A stretch of 64,000 bases of DNA from Abditibacterium sp. (GTDB lineage Bacteria; Armatimonadota; Abditibacteriia; Abditibacteriales; Abditibacteriaceae), in assembly GCA_965199495.1 (NCBI GenBank), contig CBDASK010000003.1:2880001-2944000 (forward strand), given 5' to 3'. Within the stretch, counting starts at the first letter, position 1; each line of letters starts with the position of its first letter. A model generated the notes under the pieces. The model saw only the letters and a program-made list of their open reading frames with translations. It was not told where the DNA came from and searched no databases. Shown here in pieces: positions 49,288 through 59,034 of this stretch. The position numbers and the translations under genes were made by a program.

Positions 49288-49983
49288 ATGAAATACGCCG
49301 CCGTCTTTCTCACCCTCGCTCTGGCGTGCGCGTTCTATGCAGCCACGGCGTCGCCGTGGCTGCTACGCGTTGCGTTCGCTTCGGGATTTTTGGCGTTCGG
49401 CGGCGTCGGTCTGGCCTACGCGTTTATCGGCCCGCGCGCGTTTTTCAAGCGCAAAAACGGCACTTTGCTCGCCCTAAGTTATTTGATTTATGCGCCTTAT
49501 TATCTGCTTAACGCGCTGAGTTTGTGGAGTTTTCGGCGGGGCGCCCGCGAAAACGCGTTCGACGAAATCGCGCTCGGCGTTTATCTGGGTTGCCGTTTGA
49601 GCGCACGCGGCCAAGCCGAAGTCACGCATTTGAAAATCGCGCGCGTTTTAGATTTGACCGGCGAATTTGCCGAAACGCCATTTCTGCGCGCGCTCGATTA
49701 TCTTTGCATCCCTCTGCTCGATACGCGCGCACCGACTTTAGAACAATTGCGCGAAGGCGCGGATTGGATCGCACAAAGCGATGTCCCAATTTACGTTCAT
49801 TGCGCGCTCGGTCACGGACGCAGCGCGACATTTGTCGCGGCGTATTTGCTGTTGACGAAGCGCGCCAAAAATGCCGATGACGCGGTTGCGCAAATTCAAA
49901 AACTGCGTCCGCGTGTTGGTTTGACTTGCGAGCAATCGGCGGTTACGCAACTTTACGCTAACAGTCTCCACAAAGAATCGTAA
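49288..49983 (+). CDS. Membrane-anchored dual-specificity/PTP-family phosphatase
   Basis: N-terminal TMs; VHCALGHGRSA (CX5R). Confidence 0.88.
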   Translation: MKYAAVFLTLALACAFYAATASPWLLRVAFASGFLAFGGVGLAYAFIGPRAFFKRKNGTLLALSYLIYAPYYLLNALSLWSFRRGARENAFDEIALGVYLGCRLSARGQAEVTHLKIARVLDLTGEFAETPFLRALDYLCIPLLDTRAPTLEQLREGADWIAQSDVPIYVHCALGHGRSATFVAAYLLLTKRAKNADDAVAQIQKLRPRVGLTCEQSAVTQLYANSLHKES

Positions 49984-50921
49984 ATCCCGTCCAAATTGGC
50001 GCCTGCCGCAACGAGCGTAATTTCCAGCAATAGCGCCAGATTAAAACCGACGAAGAACAGTTTGAGAAACGCTAACGGATAGGCGCGCTCACGCCAAATC
50101 GCAGCATCGAGCAAAAAGAATAGGGCGCCGCACGCCAACAGCGGAATTAGATAGGGCTTGAACGGCAGCCACGTCGCCAGCCAAACTTCCGTCGTCAACA
50201 GCGCGGCGATTAATAATTTGGCGCGCGTCGCACCCAGCCACGCCGCCGTTGTGAGGCGTCCAGCGCGCGAGTCTGGTTCGATGTCCATGATTTGACCGAA
50301 CAAATGCGAGTGCATCGCGAAGACGAAACCGAACGCGTAAATCGGCCAAAGCGAAAACGCGCCGCGCGTCCAATCGCTCAAGATGAAAACCGATAAATAG
50401 CCGCATTGAAACAGCAAATCGCAAATCGGGAAATCTTTGGCGCCGCCATTTTTGCGATTATAAAGTGCGCTGCCCAAAACCAAAACCGCGAACCAAAGCA
50501 ACGCTTTAACGCCCCAAATCGCGGTAAACAACGCGACGAACGGGATTTGAATCAGCCAGATTCGCCACGGCAACTCGAACAATTGGTCGGGCGTCGGGCG
50601 CGCGCCAAACAGAAACGAATCTTTGCGCGGATTGAGCCGGTCGGTCTCGGCGTCCGACAAATCGTTGCCCGCGTAAATCAGCATTCCGAGCGGGAGCGTA
50701 ACGTAAATCAATCCCAACCAGAACGCGCCGTTATGAACATCGAAGCGCCCGGCGTGCGGCATTAAGTAAAACCAGATCGTCGTGAGCCAGAAGCCGGGGC
50801 GCGACGCTTTGAGCGTAAAAACCAATTCGCTTGCCAAACTCGCGCGCGGCGTGGCTGCTATGCGCGGCAGTGTGTTGGTGCGCGTGGGAGCAAACTCGTG
50901 TTGAGCGGGAACTGTCGCCAT
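49953..50921 (-). CDS. UbiA-family prenyltransferase
   Basis: SRPGFW, NDLSDAETDRLNPRK, DIEPDSRAG..TTA; multi-TM. Confidence 0.85.
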   Translation of the reverse strand: MATVPAQHEFAPTRTNTLPRIAATPRASLASELVFTLKASRPGFWLTTIWFYLMPHAGRFDVHNGAFWLGLIYVTLPLGMLIYAGNDLSDAETDRLNPRKDSFLFGARPTPDQLFELPWRIWLIQIPFVALFTAIWGVKALLWFAVLVLGSALYNRKNGGAKDFPICDLLFQCGYLSVFILSDWTRGAFSLWPIYAFGFVFAMHSHLFGQIMDIEPDSRAGRLTTAAWLGATRAKLLIAALLTTEVWLATWLPFKPYLIPLLACGALFFLLDAAIWRERAYPLAFLKLFFVGFNLALLLEITLVAAGANLDGIYDSLWRLLA

Positions 50922-51046
50922 TTTGAACCCTTCCTTACATCAAGTTAATCTCGGCGCAAAGCGTGAAGAAAGCGCGATTTTGAGTTGGCTGTATCCAAAA
51001 AAGCGGGCCAGACGAAAATCGTCTGGCCCGCCGAAAACTAAACGTT

Positions 51047-52600
51047 TTAAAGCGAAGTGTGATTGCCCAAATTGCCCTGCACGGCGTTGGGCATCGCGCT
51101 ATTGTTGGGCGGCGCACCGTTTTCCGAGTAGAGGCCGTGTTCGGGCTTGGAATCGTGAGCCAGCGCGAAGTTCCAGGCTTCGCCCAGCGTCACGCCCCAT
51201 GTGTTGTCGAGGTCGGCATTGGGCGTGGAACTGCCATCAATTTTGGCGCCGTCGGGCGTATGACCGGCCAATGCCGAAAAATACGCGTAGGTAAACGCGC
51301 CATATTGGGCGTTGGAAGTGGCCCACGAAACTTCGTTTGGCCCGCACGACGACATCACCACGCGCTTAGATGCGCGTAGCGTATCGGCGAAACCGCCCGA
51401 AAAGCACTGCTTCATCTGAATCATCATCAGGCGATATTTTTTGATTTGAGCGAGCGATGTTTTGAACTCGCCATCGCTCATGCTATCGCCCCACAACACA
51501 ACGGTGCTGCGGATGTGAACGGAATCAGTTTTGGTGCCGTTGCCGTTGAGATCGAGGTCATACTGGGATTCCGAAATCGCGGGGCCAACCGAATTGGTCG
51601 TATCCAGAACGCCACCATAATTGCCAGGCGCATTATCGCCCGCTTTTTGCGCCAGAAAACCGCCGCCATGATCGTTAATCATCAGGTAAAGCGTATCGGA
51701 ATCGGTCATTTTCGCGTTCAGATTGGCGAAAACGGCGTTGATGTTGTCGCGAGTCGCCGAATAATTGACCGGCATCGAGCCGTCGCGTCCAACGCCGCCC
51801 GCATAAATCACGGTGATGTTTTTGGTGTCGTAGCCGTATTTCTGCAAAATCAGATACATCGTTTTCAGGTCGTTCCAGTAGCGCGGATGGTTGTTGGCGT
51901 TGTCGCCGCCGCCCACCAGCAGCACGGCATATTTGACCGTGGGAAGCGGCTTTTTTGGTTCGGGCGCTGGCGTTGTCGTCGAAGTGTTGCCGGTTGTTTT
52001 GCCGGGAATCGGCAAGTTTTCCAGAATCCCGCCCGTATTGATATTTGGCACCTGTCGCAAAATTTTGGGATCGAAATTCGCCAGCGCATCCGAGCGCGGT
52101 TGGAACTTTTGAACCGCCTGATTTGGCTCGCTTTCCAGCTTCAAAACGCTGGCTTCGTTCAGCAGTTCGAGGCCCGCCGCCGTCGGCGCGACCAGGCGTC
52201 CCGTCACGCCAACTTCGTCGCCGTTGCGCAGGTTGGGCAGGGGCGCCGCGAGGGGCACATACGATTGCGGCGGCATCATCATGTCGCATTGCACGCGCTC
52301 GATGCTGTCCACGATCATCGGGATTGAACCGTCGTAGTAAAAGCCGCGCACCGTGACGACCTGATTCAGTTTGTCGGTGCCCAAAGCGCCGCGCGCCGCC
52401 AAAATTGAGGGCGATTTGACCACCAGATTGGGGCTAAAACCCGCGCGCAGATTCAAATTGCGTTGCAATTCGGGCGTGATGAGCGTGCCACCGGCAGTTC
52501 CATCGGGCACCCGTTGCGCCTGAGCGCCAGCCAGCAATGTGAGCGTTGCGCCCACCACCCACAGGCTCCGTAAAGCCGGACGAAGAGTGAAGTTTTTCAT
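51047..52600 (-). CDS. Secreted clan CD cysteine peptidase (C13/legumain-like)
   Basis: Signal peptide; KYAVLLVGG..RYWND; DHGGG and QCFSGGF catalytic His/Cys. Confidence 0.78.
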   Translation of the reverse strand: MKNFTLRPALRSLWVVGATLTLLAGAQAQRVPDGTAGGTLITPELQRNLNLRAGFSPNLVVKSPSILAARGALGTDKLNQVVTVRGFYYDGSIPMIVDSIERVQCDMMMPPQSYVPLAAPLPNLRNGDEVGVTGRLVAPTAAGLELLNEASVLKLESEPNQAVQKFQPRSDALANFDPKILRQVPNINTGGILENLPIPGKTTGNTSTTTPAPEPKKPLPTVKYAVLLVGGGDNANNHPRYWNDLKTMYLILQKYGYDTKNITVIYAGGVGRDGSMPVNYSATRDNINAVFANLNAKMTDSDTLYLMINDHGGGFLAQKAGDNAPGNYGGVLDTTNSVGPAISESQYDLDLNGNGTKTDSVHIRSTVVLWGDSMSDGEFKTSLAQIKKYRLMMIQMKQCFSGGFADTLRASKRVVMSSCGPNEVSWATSNAQYGAFTYAYFSALAGHTPDGAKIDGSSTPNADLDNTWGVTLGEAWNFALAHDSKPEHGLYSENGAPPNNSAMPNAVQGNLGNHTSL

Positions 52601-52740
52601 GGAGTGTCGGCGCCCAGTTACAAGTGTTCGCGGCGCCTGACTTCTATCTTAAAACTTCCATTTTATACTTGCAACATGATTTTATGTCAACTTTCAAAAT
52701 AAACTCGCTTTGTTATTTATTTTGCTTTCTAACCTTTAAC

Positions 52741-52775
52741 AAAAAGGCCGCGCGACTTTTGCCGCGCGGCCCTTT
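52741..52775 (-). terminator. Intrinsic terminator of glgP
   Basis: aaaaaggccgcgcg-acttttgc-cgcgcggcc just past the glgP stop. Confidence 0.7.
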
Positions 52776-52778
52776 CAA

Positions 52779-54500
52779 CTATCGCAAATACGCCTGCGTG
52801 ACATATTGCCGCATCATGCGATGCGTATTGAAATAACAGGCGTTTTTGCCAATCGCGCCTTTCATCACTTCAATCCAACTCGCGTGATCGTCGTCGGCAT
52901 AATATCTGGGCAAAATTTTGTTACACAGTTTGTCGTATAAATCGTGAATATCGAGAGTTTCGTCCACGTTTTCCAGACTCGATTCGGTGGCGGCGGGGCC
53001 GATGCTCCAACCGGTCACGTCTTCGATCCAGCCTTCGATCCACCAGCCGTCCAAAACCGAAAAATTCGGCACGCCGTTGTGCGTGGCTTTCATGCCGCTC
53101 GTGCCGGACGCTTCGCGCGGACGCATCGGCGTGTTGAGCCAAATATCAGCGCCCGCGACGATTTTGAGCGCCAAATCCATATCGTAATTTTCCAGGAAAA
53201 CCAAAGGAATATCCGAATGGCCCAGCGCGCGCGCGGCTTCGATAATTTTGTGGATGTTCTCTTTGCCCGCGCCGTCGCGCGGATGCGCCTTGCCCGCGTA
53301 AACGATTTGCAATTTGCCATGAGCCATTTCGGCGAGCTTGTTGATGTCGCGAAACAACAAATCGGCGCGCTTGTAGGGCGTGGCGCGGCGCGCGAAACCA
53401 ATCGTCAAAATGTCTTCGGACATTTGGATGCCGGTGCGGTCGCGCACTTCTTCGATCAAATCGCGTTTGCAATGCTGGTGCGTCGCCCAGATTTCTTGAT
53501 CGGGCACGTTGTCCACGCGCACAAAAAGTTCCGGTTCAGCAGTCCAGCCGGGAATGTATTTGGAGTAAAGCGCCTGCCAGCGCGGGTGCGTCCAGGTGCG
53601 CGTATGCACGCCGTTGGTAATCGAGTGAATATCGTAGCCGGGGAACATGTGCCGCGAAATCTCGCCGTGCTTTTTGGCTACGCCGTTGGCATAACCGCTC
53701 AGGTTCAGCGCCAGCGTCGTCATGTTCAACATATCGTGCGCATCGCCAAACTTTTTGAACGCGTCCATCGGGAAATATTCGCCCAAAACTTTTTGCACGA
53801 GCGGCCACTCGAAGCGGTCGTGGCCAGCCTCGACCGGCGTGTGCGTGGTGAAAACCGTCCGATCTTGGACAGAAGCCACGTCCCACACGGCGTCTTCTTC
53901 CCACACATCCTCGATGTTGCGGCGCGTGCGGCGCAGCAGTTCCAAAACGAGCAGGGCGGCGTGCCCTTCGTTCATGTGGAATTTTTCGATGGGATAACCC
54001 AAATCTTGCAACAATCGGGTGCCACCGATGCCCAGAATCACTTCTTGTTTGAGGCGATATTCGTTGTCGCCGCCATACAAATGATAGGTCAAACCTTTGT
54101 CCCATTCGTGATTTTGTTCCAAATTGGAGTCGAGAAACAAAAGCGGCACGACGTGGCCGCTCTCGCCTTCCAAGTCGTAGCGCCACGCTTGCAAATGAAC
54201 GGCGCGGCCTTCGATGGAAACCTGCACGCGATTGGGCAAAAGCGTGAAACCTTTTTCGGCGGGATTCCAATCCACCGGCGATTCGGTTTGCCAGCCGTCG
54301 GCGTCGAGATGTTGGCGGAAGTAACCCTGATTATAAAGCAGCGAAACCGCGACTTCGGGCACGCCCAAATCGGCGGCGGATTTCAGGGTGTCTCCGGCCA
54401 AAACGCCGAGGCCGCCGGAGTAGGTCGGAATATCGGTGCGAAAACCGATTTCCATCGAAAAATAAGCGATGCGTGGATCGCGCTGTGATTGTGTGGACAT
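52779..54500 (-). CDS. glgP: Alpha-glucan phosphorylase, short form
   Basis: AYFSME, YSGGLGVLAGD, HMNEGH, FARRATPYKR, EASGTSGMK. Confidence 0.95.
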   Translation of the reverse strand: MSTQSQRDPRIAYFSMEIGFRTDIPTYSGGLGVLAGDTLKSAADLGVPEVAVSLLYNQGYFRQHLDADGWQTESPVDWNPAEKGFTLLPNRVQVSIEGRAVHLQAWRYDLEGESGHVVPLLFLDSNLEQNHEWDKGLTYHLYGGDNEYRLKQEVILGIGGTRLLQDLGYPIEKFHMNEGHAALLVLELLRRTRRNIEDVWEEDAVWDVASVQDRTVFTTHTPVEAGHDRFEWPLVQKVLGEYFPMDAFKKFGDAHDMLNMTTLALNLSGYANGVAKKHGEISRHMFPGYDIHSITNGVHTRTWTHPRWQALYSKYIPGWTAEPELFVRVDNVPDQEIWATHQHCKRDLIEEVRDRTGIQMSEDILTIGFARRATPYKRADLLFRDINKLAEMAHGKLQIVYAGKAHPRDGAGKENIHKIIEAARALGHSDIPLVFLENYDMDLALKIVAGADIWLNTPMRPREASGTSGMKATHNGVPNFSVLDGWWIEGWIEDVTGWSIGPAATESSLENVDETLDIHDLYDKLCNKILPRYYADDDHASWIEVMKGAIGKNACYFNTHRMMRQYVTQAYLR

Positions 54501-54653
54501 GAGAAACTAAACAGCAACGAGTTTATAATGATTTCGGCGTGCCAAAGCACGAAAGCGCATTTGCTAAACTGCGCGCGAAGATTTTCTGACCGCGCGAAAG
54601 ATGAAGACAATTGAGCGAATTCATTCGTTCTGACACGCCGATTCCATCCCCGC

Positions 54654-55037
54654 ATGAAACCAACTTTTTGTTGTCTGTCTTCTGTCTTGTTGACCGGCGT
54701 GGCTGTGGCGTTGCCCGCGCGTGCCGCGACGCCCCAATTTCAGCTCAGTGCCGTTGACGCCCAAACGTTTCATCTCGTCGTTTACCCGTCCGGCCAGCCT
54801 GCGCCGCCGCCGAGTCCGTTCGTCGTCGAAGACGCGAAGTGGCCGCAAGCGGTCACCGCAACTAACGCGATGGGTTCGTCGGTGCGCGTGGCGGGCGGCG
54901 CGCTCACTCTCGATGCGCGCGGCAACTGGCAACTCAAAGCGCCCAATAATTTGACGCTGAGCGGCGAAAACCGTGGTTTATGCGGGCAACGCGGTGAAGG
55001 TGAAGTTTTAAAAGCGGTTGAGAAATTGATGCGATAG
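54654..55037 (+). CDS. Short secreted protein, possibly a truncated remnant
   Basis: Signal peptide ending ARA-A; 127 aa. Confidence 0.45.
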   Translation: MKPTFCCLSSVLLTGVAVALPARAATPQFQLSAVDAQTFHLVVYPSGQPAPPPSPFVVEDAKWPQAVTATNAMGSSVRVAGGALTLDARGNWQLKAPNNLTLSGENRGLCGQRGEGEVLKAVEKLMR

Positions 55038-55078
55038 GGTCTTAATAAAATGCGCGGCGCGTTAAACTAAGGCTTCCC

Positions 55079-55654
55079 ATGAAAGCCCTTTCGTGGCGCG
55101 CGCTGTTCGCGCCCCGACAAACCGCCGACGCCGCCGAAACCGCGCCTGCGCGCCCGTTTTTGCGGCGCATCAATGCCGACCCGCGCGTTGGGCTACGCGT
55201 TTTCGATTGGAGCGCCGATGCCGAAATCGTCAGCGAATGGCAACGCGAAACTTACGCGCTGAACTTTCCTGATTTCGGTTACACGCCCGAATTCGCGGCG
55301 GCTTTTCGCCACGATTTGCGCCGCGCCGCTTTGGACGAAAATAACGGTTTATTCGTCTTGTCCGAACTCGATTCGCACAACGGCGAGCAGTTGTGCGGTT
55401 TCGTGTGGGTCGTTTTGTGTCACAACAATTGGACGAGCGAACGTTACGGCTATATCAACAATCTTTATATCGCGCCCTCACGGCGCGGCCACGGCCTGAG
55501 CGACGAGTTGATGAGCTACGCCGAAAGTTGGTTTCGCGAGCGTCGCGTTTCTAAATTGCGTCTGACGGTGACTTCGACCAACGTTAACGCGTGCCGGTTA
55601 TACGAACGTTTGGGTTATCAGACGCAGCGCTTCGAGATGGAAAAAGATATTTGA
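55079..55654 (+). CDS. GNAT N-acetyltransferase
   Basis: YINNLYIAPSRRGHGL, NVNACRLYERLGY. Confidence 0.88.
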   Translation: MKALSWRALFAPRQTADAAETAPARPFLRRINADPRVGLRVFDWSADAEIVSEWQRETYALNFPDFGYTPEFAAAFRHDLRRAALDENNGLFVLSELDSHNGEQLCGFVWVVLCHNNWTSERYGYINNLYIAPSRRGHGLSDELMSYAESWFRERRVSKLRLTVTSTNVNACRLYERLGYQTQRFEMEKDI

Positions 55655-55761
55655 GCTGTTGTATAAATGAGTTTCTGACAAGTTTTAAATTGGCGATTCG
55701 CATCAACTTAGAAGTTTCGCAATCGGAACCCTACGCGCGGCGCTGTTGTCTGAATTGTTCG

Positions 55762-58700
55762 ATGTTTCCCCGCTCCCGTTTCGCCCTCCGTTTCGCCGCC
55801 ATTTGTGGCGGCGCTTTGCTGGTTGCGCCCGTTTCTCATGCGGCGCCCACCAAAGCCACGCCCGCCGTGGCTGCTGTTCCAACCTTGAAGCTCGACGGTT
55901 GGAACTATGAAATGGCCGACGAGCCATTGGAACCACGTTGGAGTTGGCGCGCGACGGTGAAAAGCCAGAGCGATGGCGCCGGTCGCGTGGTGTTCGGCTG
56001 GAAAGATGCGCGCAACTTCGCTTTGTTGCAGGTCGGGCGCGCCGCGACCGAACTGTGGCAAATCAAAGATGGCGCCGCGCGCCGCGTTGCTTTTGGCGCG
56101 AGCGTTGCGCCAAACCAAAGCGTGACGCTGCAAGTCGAGGGCAAACGCGCGCGCGTTTTGCGCGATAATGCGATTGTCGCGCAGACCGAAATGGAATTGC
56201 CCGGTAGCGGATTCGGCACTGCGACGCAGGGCACAATAACGTGGGATGCGGGCGATGTGCAGCCGACGGCGCCGGTTGTTTTTCGCGATGATTTCATGCG
56301 TGCTGAGGGGCCAGACGATGCCGAGATTCCGTCGGAGTGGGCCGTGCAGGGCAATTGGAAAACGTCGGGTTCGCTGGGGCCGAAATCCGACGCGGCGCTC
56401 AACCCGAATCCGTTCGTGTTTCGCGCCAGTTATGCGGCCAATAACGCTAAAAATGACGAGGCCGTCGCGCGCGCCGGACATTGGTTTTGGAGCGATTACG
56501 CGTTGACGGCTTCGGTGCGCGCCAACGATTCTAATGGCAACGGCCCATTGACGGCGGCGTTGCAGGCGTTTGAAGGCACGAACCAAACCGGCGTCGTCGC
56601 CGAAATTGATTTTCGCGCCAATGTCGCGCGCATCAAGTTGGGCGACAAAGTTCTGGCCCAGAGCGCGCCCTTCGATACCGAACCCGGCCAGTGGCACCGG
56701 GTGAGATTTGAACCCGGCCCCGGCACGGCGCGCCTTTTGATTGACGGCATCGAGCGCGTCAGCGCCAAAGACGTGACGCTGGCGCAGGGCGAAATCGGGT
56801 TGCGCGCCAAAACAAACGGCGCCAATTCCGTTGATTTCGACGACGTGTGGGCCGCGCCCGTGGCCGATGATAAAGGCTGGGGCGAAGGGCAGTTGCCCGA
56901 ACGGTTTCAGAAAGACCGGCTGATGAAAAATTGGGCGAGCGCGGCGGCGGCGTGGAAGCGCGGCGCCGACGGGACGTGGTGGAATACCGGCGATTTCTTT
57001 GGCGATGCGCAGGTTTCGTTGCCCGTACCCGATTTGGCGGATGGCGCCGGAATGAAGATTTCGCTGGGCGCCAAAGACGACGCAGCCACGGCGACCACGC
57101 AGTTCATTGTGACGCGCGCAGGAGACAGTATTTTGCTCGGTTTCGAGGGCAATCCGCAACTCAAAATGCCCCTCGCGCAGGCGACGGGCAAACCGATTAT
57201 GGTGAAAAGCACGCCGCAAATGAATAAAGGGAAAAGCGAAGTCATCTCGGAAGCGTTTGTGGATGGCAACTCGTTTGGCCGCCACACTGATGCGCGCGTG
57301 ATGGGCGGCGTAAAGATCTGCGTGACTCCGCTCAAAAATGGCGTGCCCCTCGGAGCGGTTGCGCCCGAACCCATCTCGCTGACATCGGCGACGTTCGAGC
57401 GCGATGGCACCGCGATTATCGGCGTGAATATCACGCCGGTAACCGAGCAAATCGCGCGCGAAAACGGCTTGCCGCAGGCGGTTGGCGCCATCGTGGATAA
57501 CGTCGAGGGCGGCAGTCCGGCGCGCGCGGCGGGCGTGCAAAACGGCGATGTCGTCATCGGCGTCAACGGCCAGAAAGTCGTGGACGTGGATTCGATGAAA
57601 GCCGCCGTTGGCGCGGTCAAGCCGGGCGATAAAGTTACGATTGACTTATTGCGCGCGCGCCGCGACGGATCGGGTATTGATTGGGAAAACGCCCTCGCCA
57701 CGACCGATGCGGTTTTGGATTATAACTTCACCACGGCGCCGACCGATTGGCGCGCGGCGCGCGGGCGCTGGGAAGTCGCCGAGCGTTGGACGTGTTCGCC
57801 GCAGTGGAGCTTTTTTAGCGGCAGCAACGCCGATTCGCCGCTTCTGTGGAGCCGCTTTCAAACCAAGGGCGATTGGACGCTCGAAGCCTATCTCGCCACG
57901 CCGATGGATTTGACGCGCGGCGAGCGTTCGCCGACCGATTTGAACATCAGCGTCGGTGGCGACGGACGCGATTTGGCGAGCGGTTACTCGTTCGGTTTCG
58001 CGACCGACGCGCGCGCGCACAACACGATCTGGCGCGGCGATGGCGTCGCGCTGCAAAAAGATTTCGTGTTGCCGCCGGGCGTGGGTGAAACTCATCAGGA
58101 TTGGTTTTATGTGCGTCTGGAAAAACGGCAAATCGGCAAAAGCGTCCACTTCAAGTGGAGCGTCAACGGGCGCGAAATCGCCGATTATACCGACGATAAT
58201 CCATTGTCAGACGGCGGTCATCTGGCGTTTTGGAGCAAGAATGGCGCGATTTCGATGGCGCGCATGCGGCTGTGGAATTCGGGTTTGAGCGCGCCCAAAG
58301 CCGCGCCGTTTGCGCCCTTGCCCGGTGTGCGGCAAATCGCCAATCCGTTGGGAAATTGGGGCACGCGCGGCGCCGGTGATGACGCTTCGGCGGTTGTGTT
58401 GCCGATAGCAGCCACGGCGCCGGATAAGGGCGCGGTGAAAATCGTCAATCCGCAAAGCGGCGGCGACTGGACGACGTATATCACGCGCACGCCGTTCGCG
58501 GCGGCGGCGCATCCGACATTGGGTTGGGAATATAAAATGGATGCGAATGTAAAGCTCAATCTCTACGCCAAAATCGCGGGCGCGTGGCGCGAAATCACTT
58601 GGAGCGGTGGCAAAAGCGATGGTAACGACACGAAATCGCTGGGCCATTTCGACGCCGTGGCTGATGGGCAGTGGCACCGCGCCAGTTTCGATTTGTTGAG

Positions 58701-58863
58701 CGCAATGCGCGAGAACGGTTTGGAGGGACAAACCGTCGAATCATTGGCTTTTGCGGCGCCCGATGTGGATTATCTGCGCGCCGGATTGGGCGGCAATCAT
58801 GCGGGCGCGACGTTGGAACTGCGCGATTTTACGGCGCCGGTTCTGGTGGCGAAAGCGGATTAA
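55762..58863 (+). CDS. Large secreted protein with a PDZ domain between ConA/lectin-like beta domains
   Basis: Signal peptide; IGVNITPVT..GSPARAAGVQNGDVVIGVNG PDZ; GQWHR motifs. Confidence 0.78.
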   Translation: MFPRSRFALRFAAICGGALLVAPVSHAAPTKATPAVAAVPTLKLDGWNYEMADEPLEPRWSWRATVKSQSDGAGRVVFGWKDARNFALLQVGRAATELWQIKDGAARRVAFGASVAPNQSVTLQVEGKRARVLRDNAIVAQTEMELPGSGFGTATQGTITWDAGDVQPTAPVVFRDDFMRAEGPDDAEIPSEWAVQGNWKTSGSLGPKSDAALNPNPFVFRASYAANNAKNDEAVARAGHWFWSDYALTASVRANDSNGNGPLTAALQAFEGTNQTGVVAEIDFRANVARIKLGDKVLAQSAPFDTEPGQWHRVRFEPGPGTARLLIDGIERVSAKDVTLAQGEIGLRAKTNGANSVDFDDVWAAPVADDKGWGEGQLPERFQKDRLMKNWASAAAAWKRGADGTWWNTGDFFGDAQVSLPVPDLADGAGMKISLGAKDDAATATTQFIVTRAGDSILLGFEGNPQLKMPLAQATGKPIMVKSTPQMNKGKSEVISEAFVDGNSFGRHTDARVMGGVKICVTPLKNGVPLGAVAPEPISLTSATFERDGTAIIGVNITPVTEQIARENGLPQAVGAIVDNVEGGSPARAAGVQNGDVVIGVNGQKVVDVDSMKAAVGAVKPGDKVTIDLLRARRDGSGIDWENALATTDAVLDYNFTTAPTDWRAARGRWEVAERWTCSPQWSFFSGSNADSPLLWSRFQTKGDWTLEAYLATPMDLTRGERSPTDLNISVGGDGRDLASGYSFGFATDARAHNTIWRGDGVALQKDFVLPPGVGETHQDWFYVRLEKRQIGKSVHFKWSVNGREIADYTDDNPLSDGGHLAFWSKNGAISMARMRLWNSGLSAPKAAPFAPLPGVRQIANPLGNWGTRGAGDDASAVVLPIAATAPDKGAVKIVNPQSGGDWTTYITRTPFAAAAHPTLGWEYKMDANVKLNLYAKIAGAWREITWSGGKSDGNDTKSLGHFDAVADGQWHRASFDLLSAMRENGLEGQTVESLAFAAPDVDYLRAGLGGNHAGATLELRDFTAPVLVAKAD

Positions 58864-58866
58864 ATT

Positions 58867-59011
58867 AGCCACAGAAGACACGGAGAACACACAAAGGGGC
58901 ACAGAAAAGCACGAAGAAATTAAAACTACACAGCACAATTTGAGAGATTGAGTTTTAATTTCTTCGTGCTTTTCTGTGCCCCTTTGTGTGTTCTCCGTGT
59001 CTTCTGTGGCT
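58867..59011. repeat. Palindromic element, family E (61-bp perfect arms of CAC(A/G)-purine units)
   Basis: 58867-58927 is the reverse complement of 58951-59011. Confidence 0.9.
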
Positions 59012-59034
59012 TCAAAACCTTAAACTAAGCGGCA

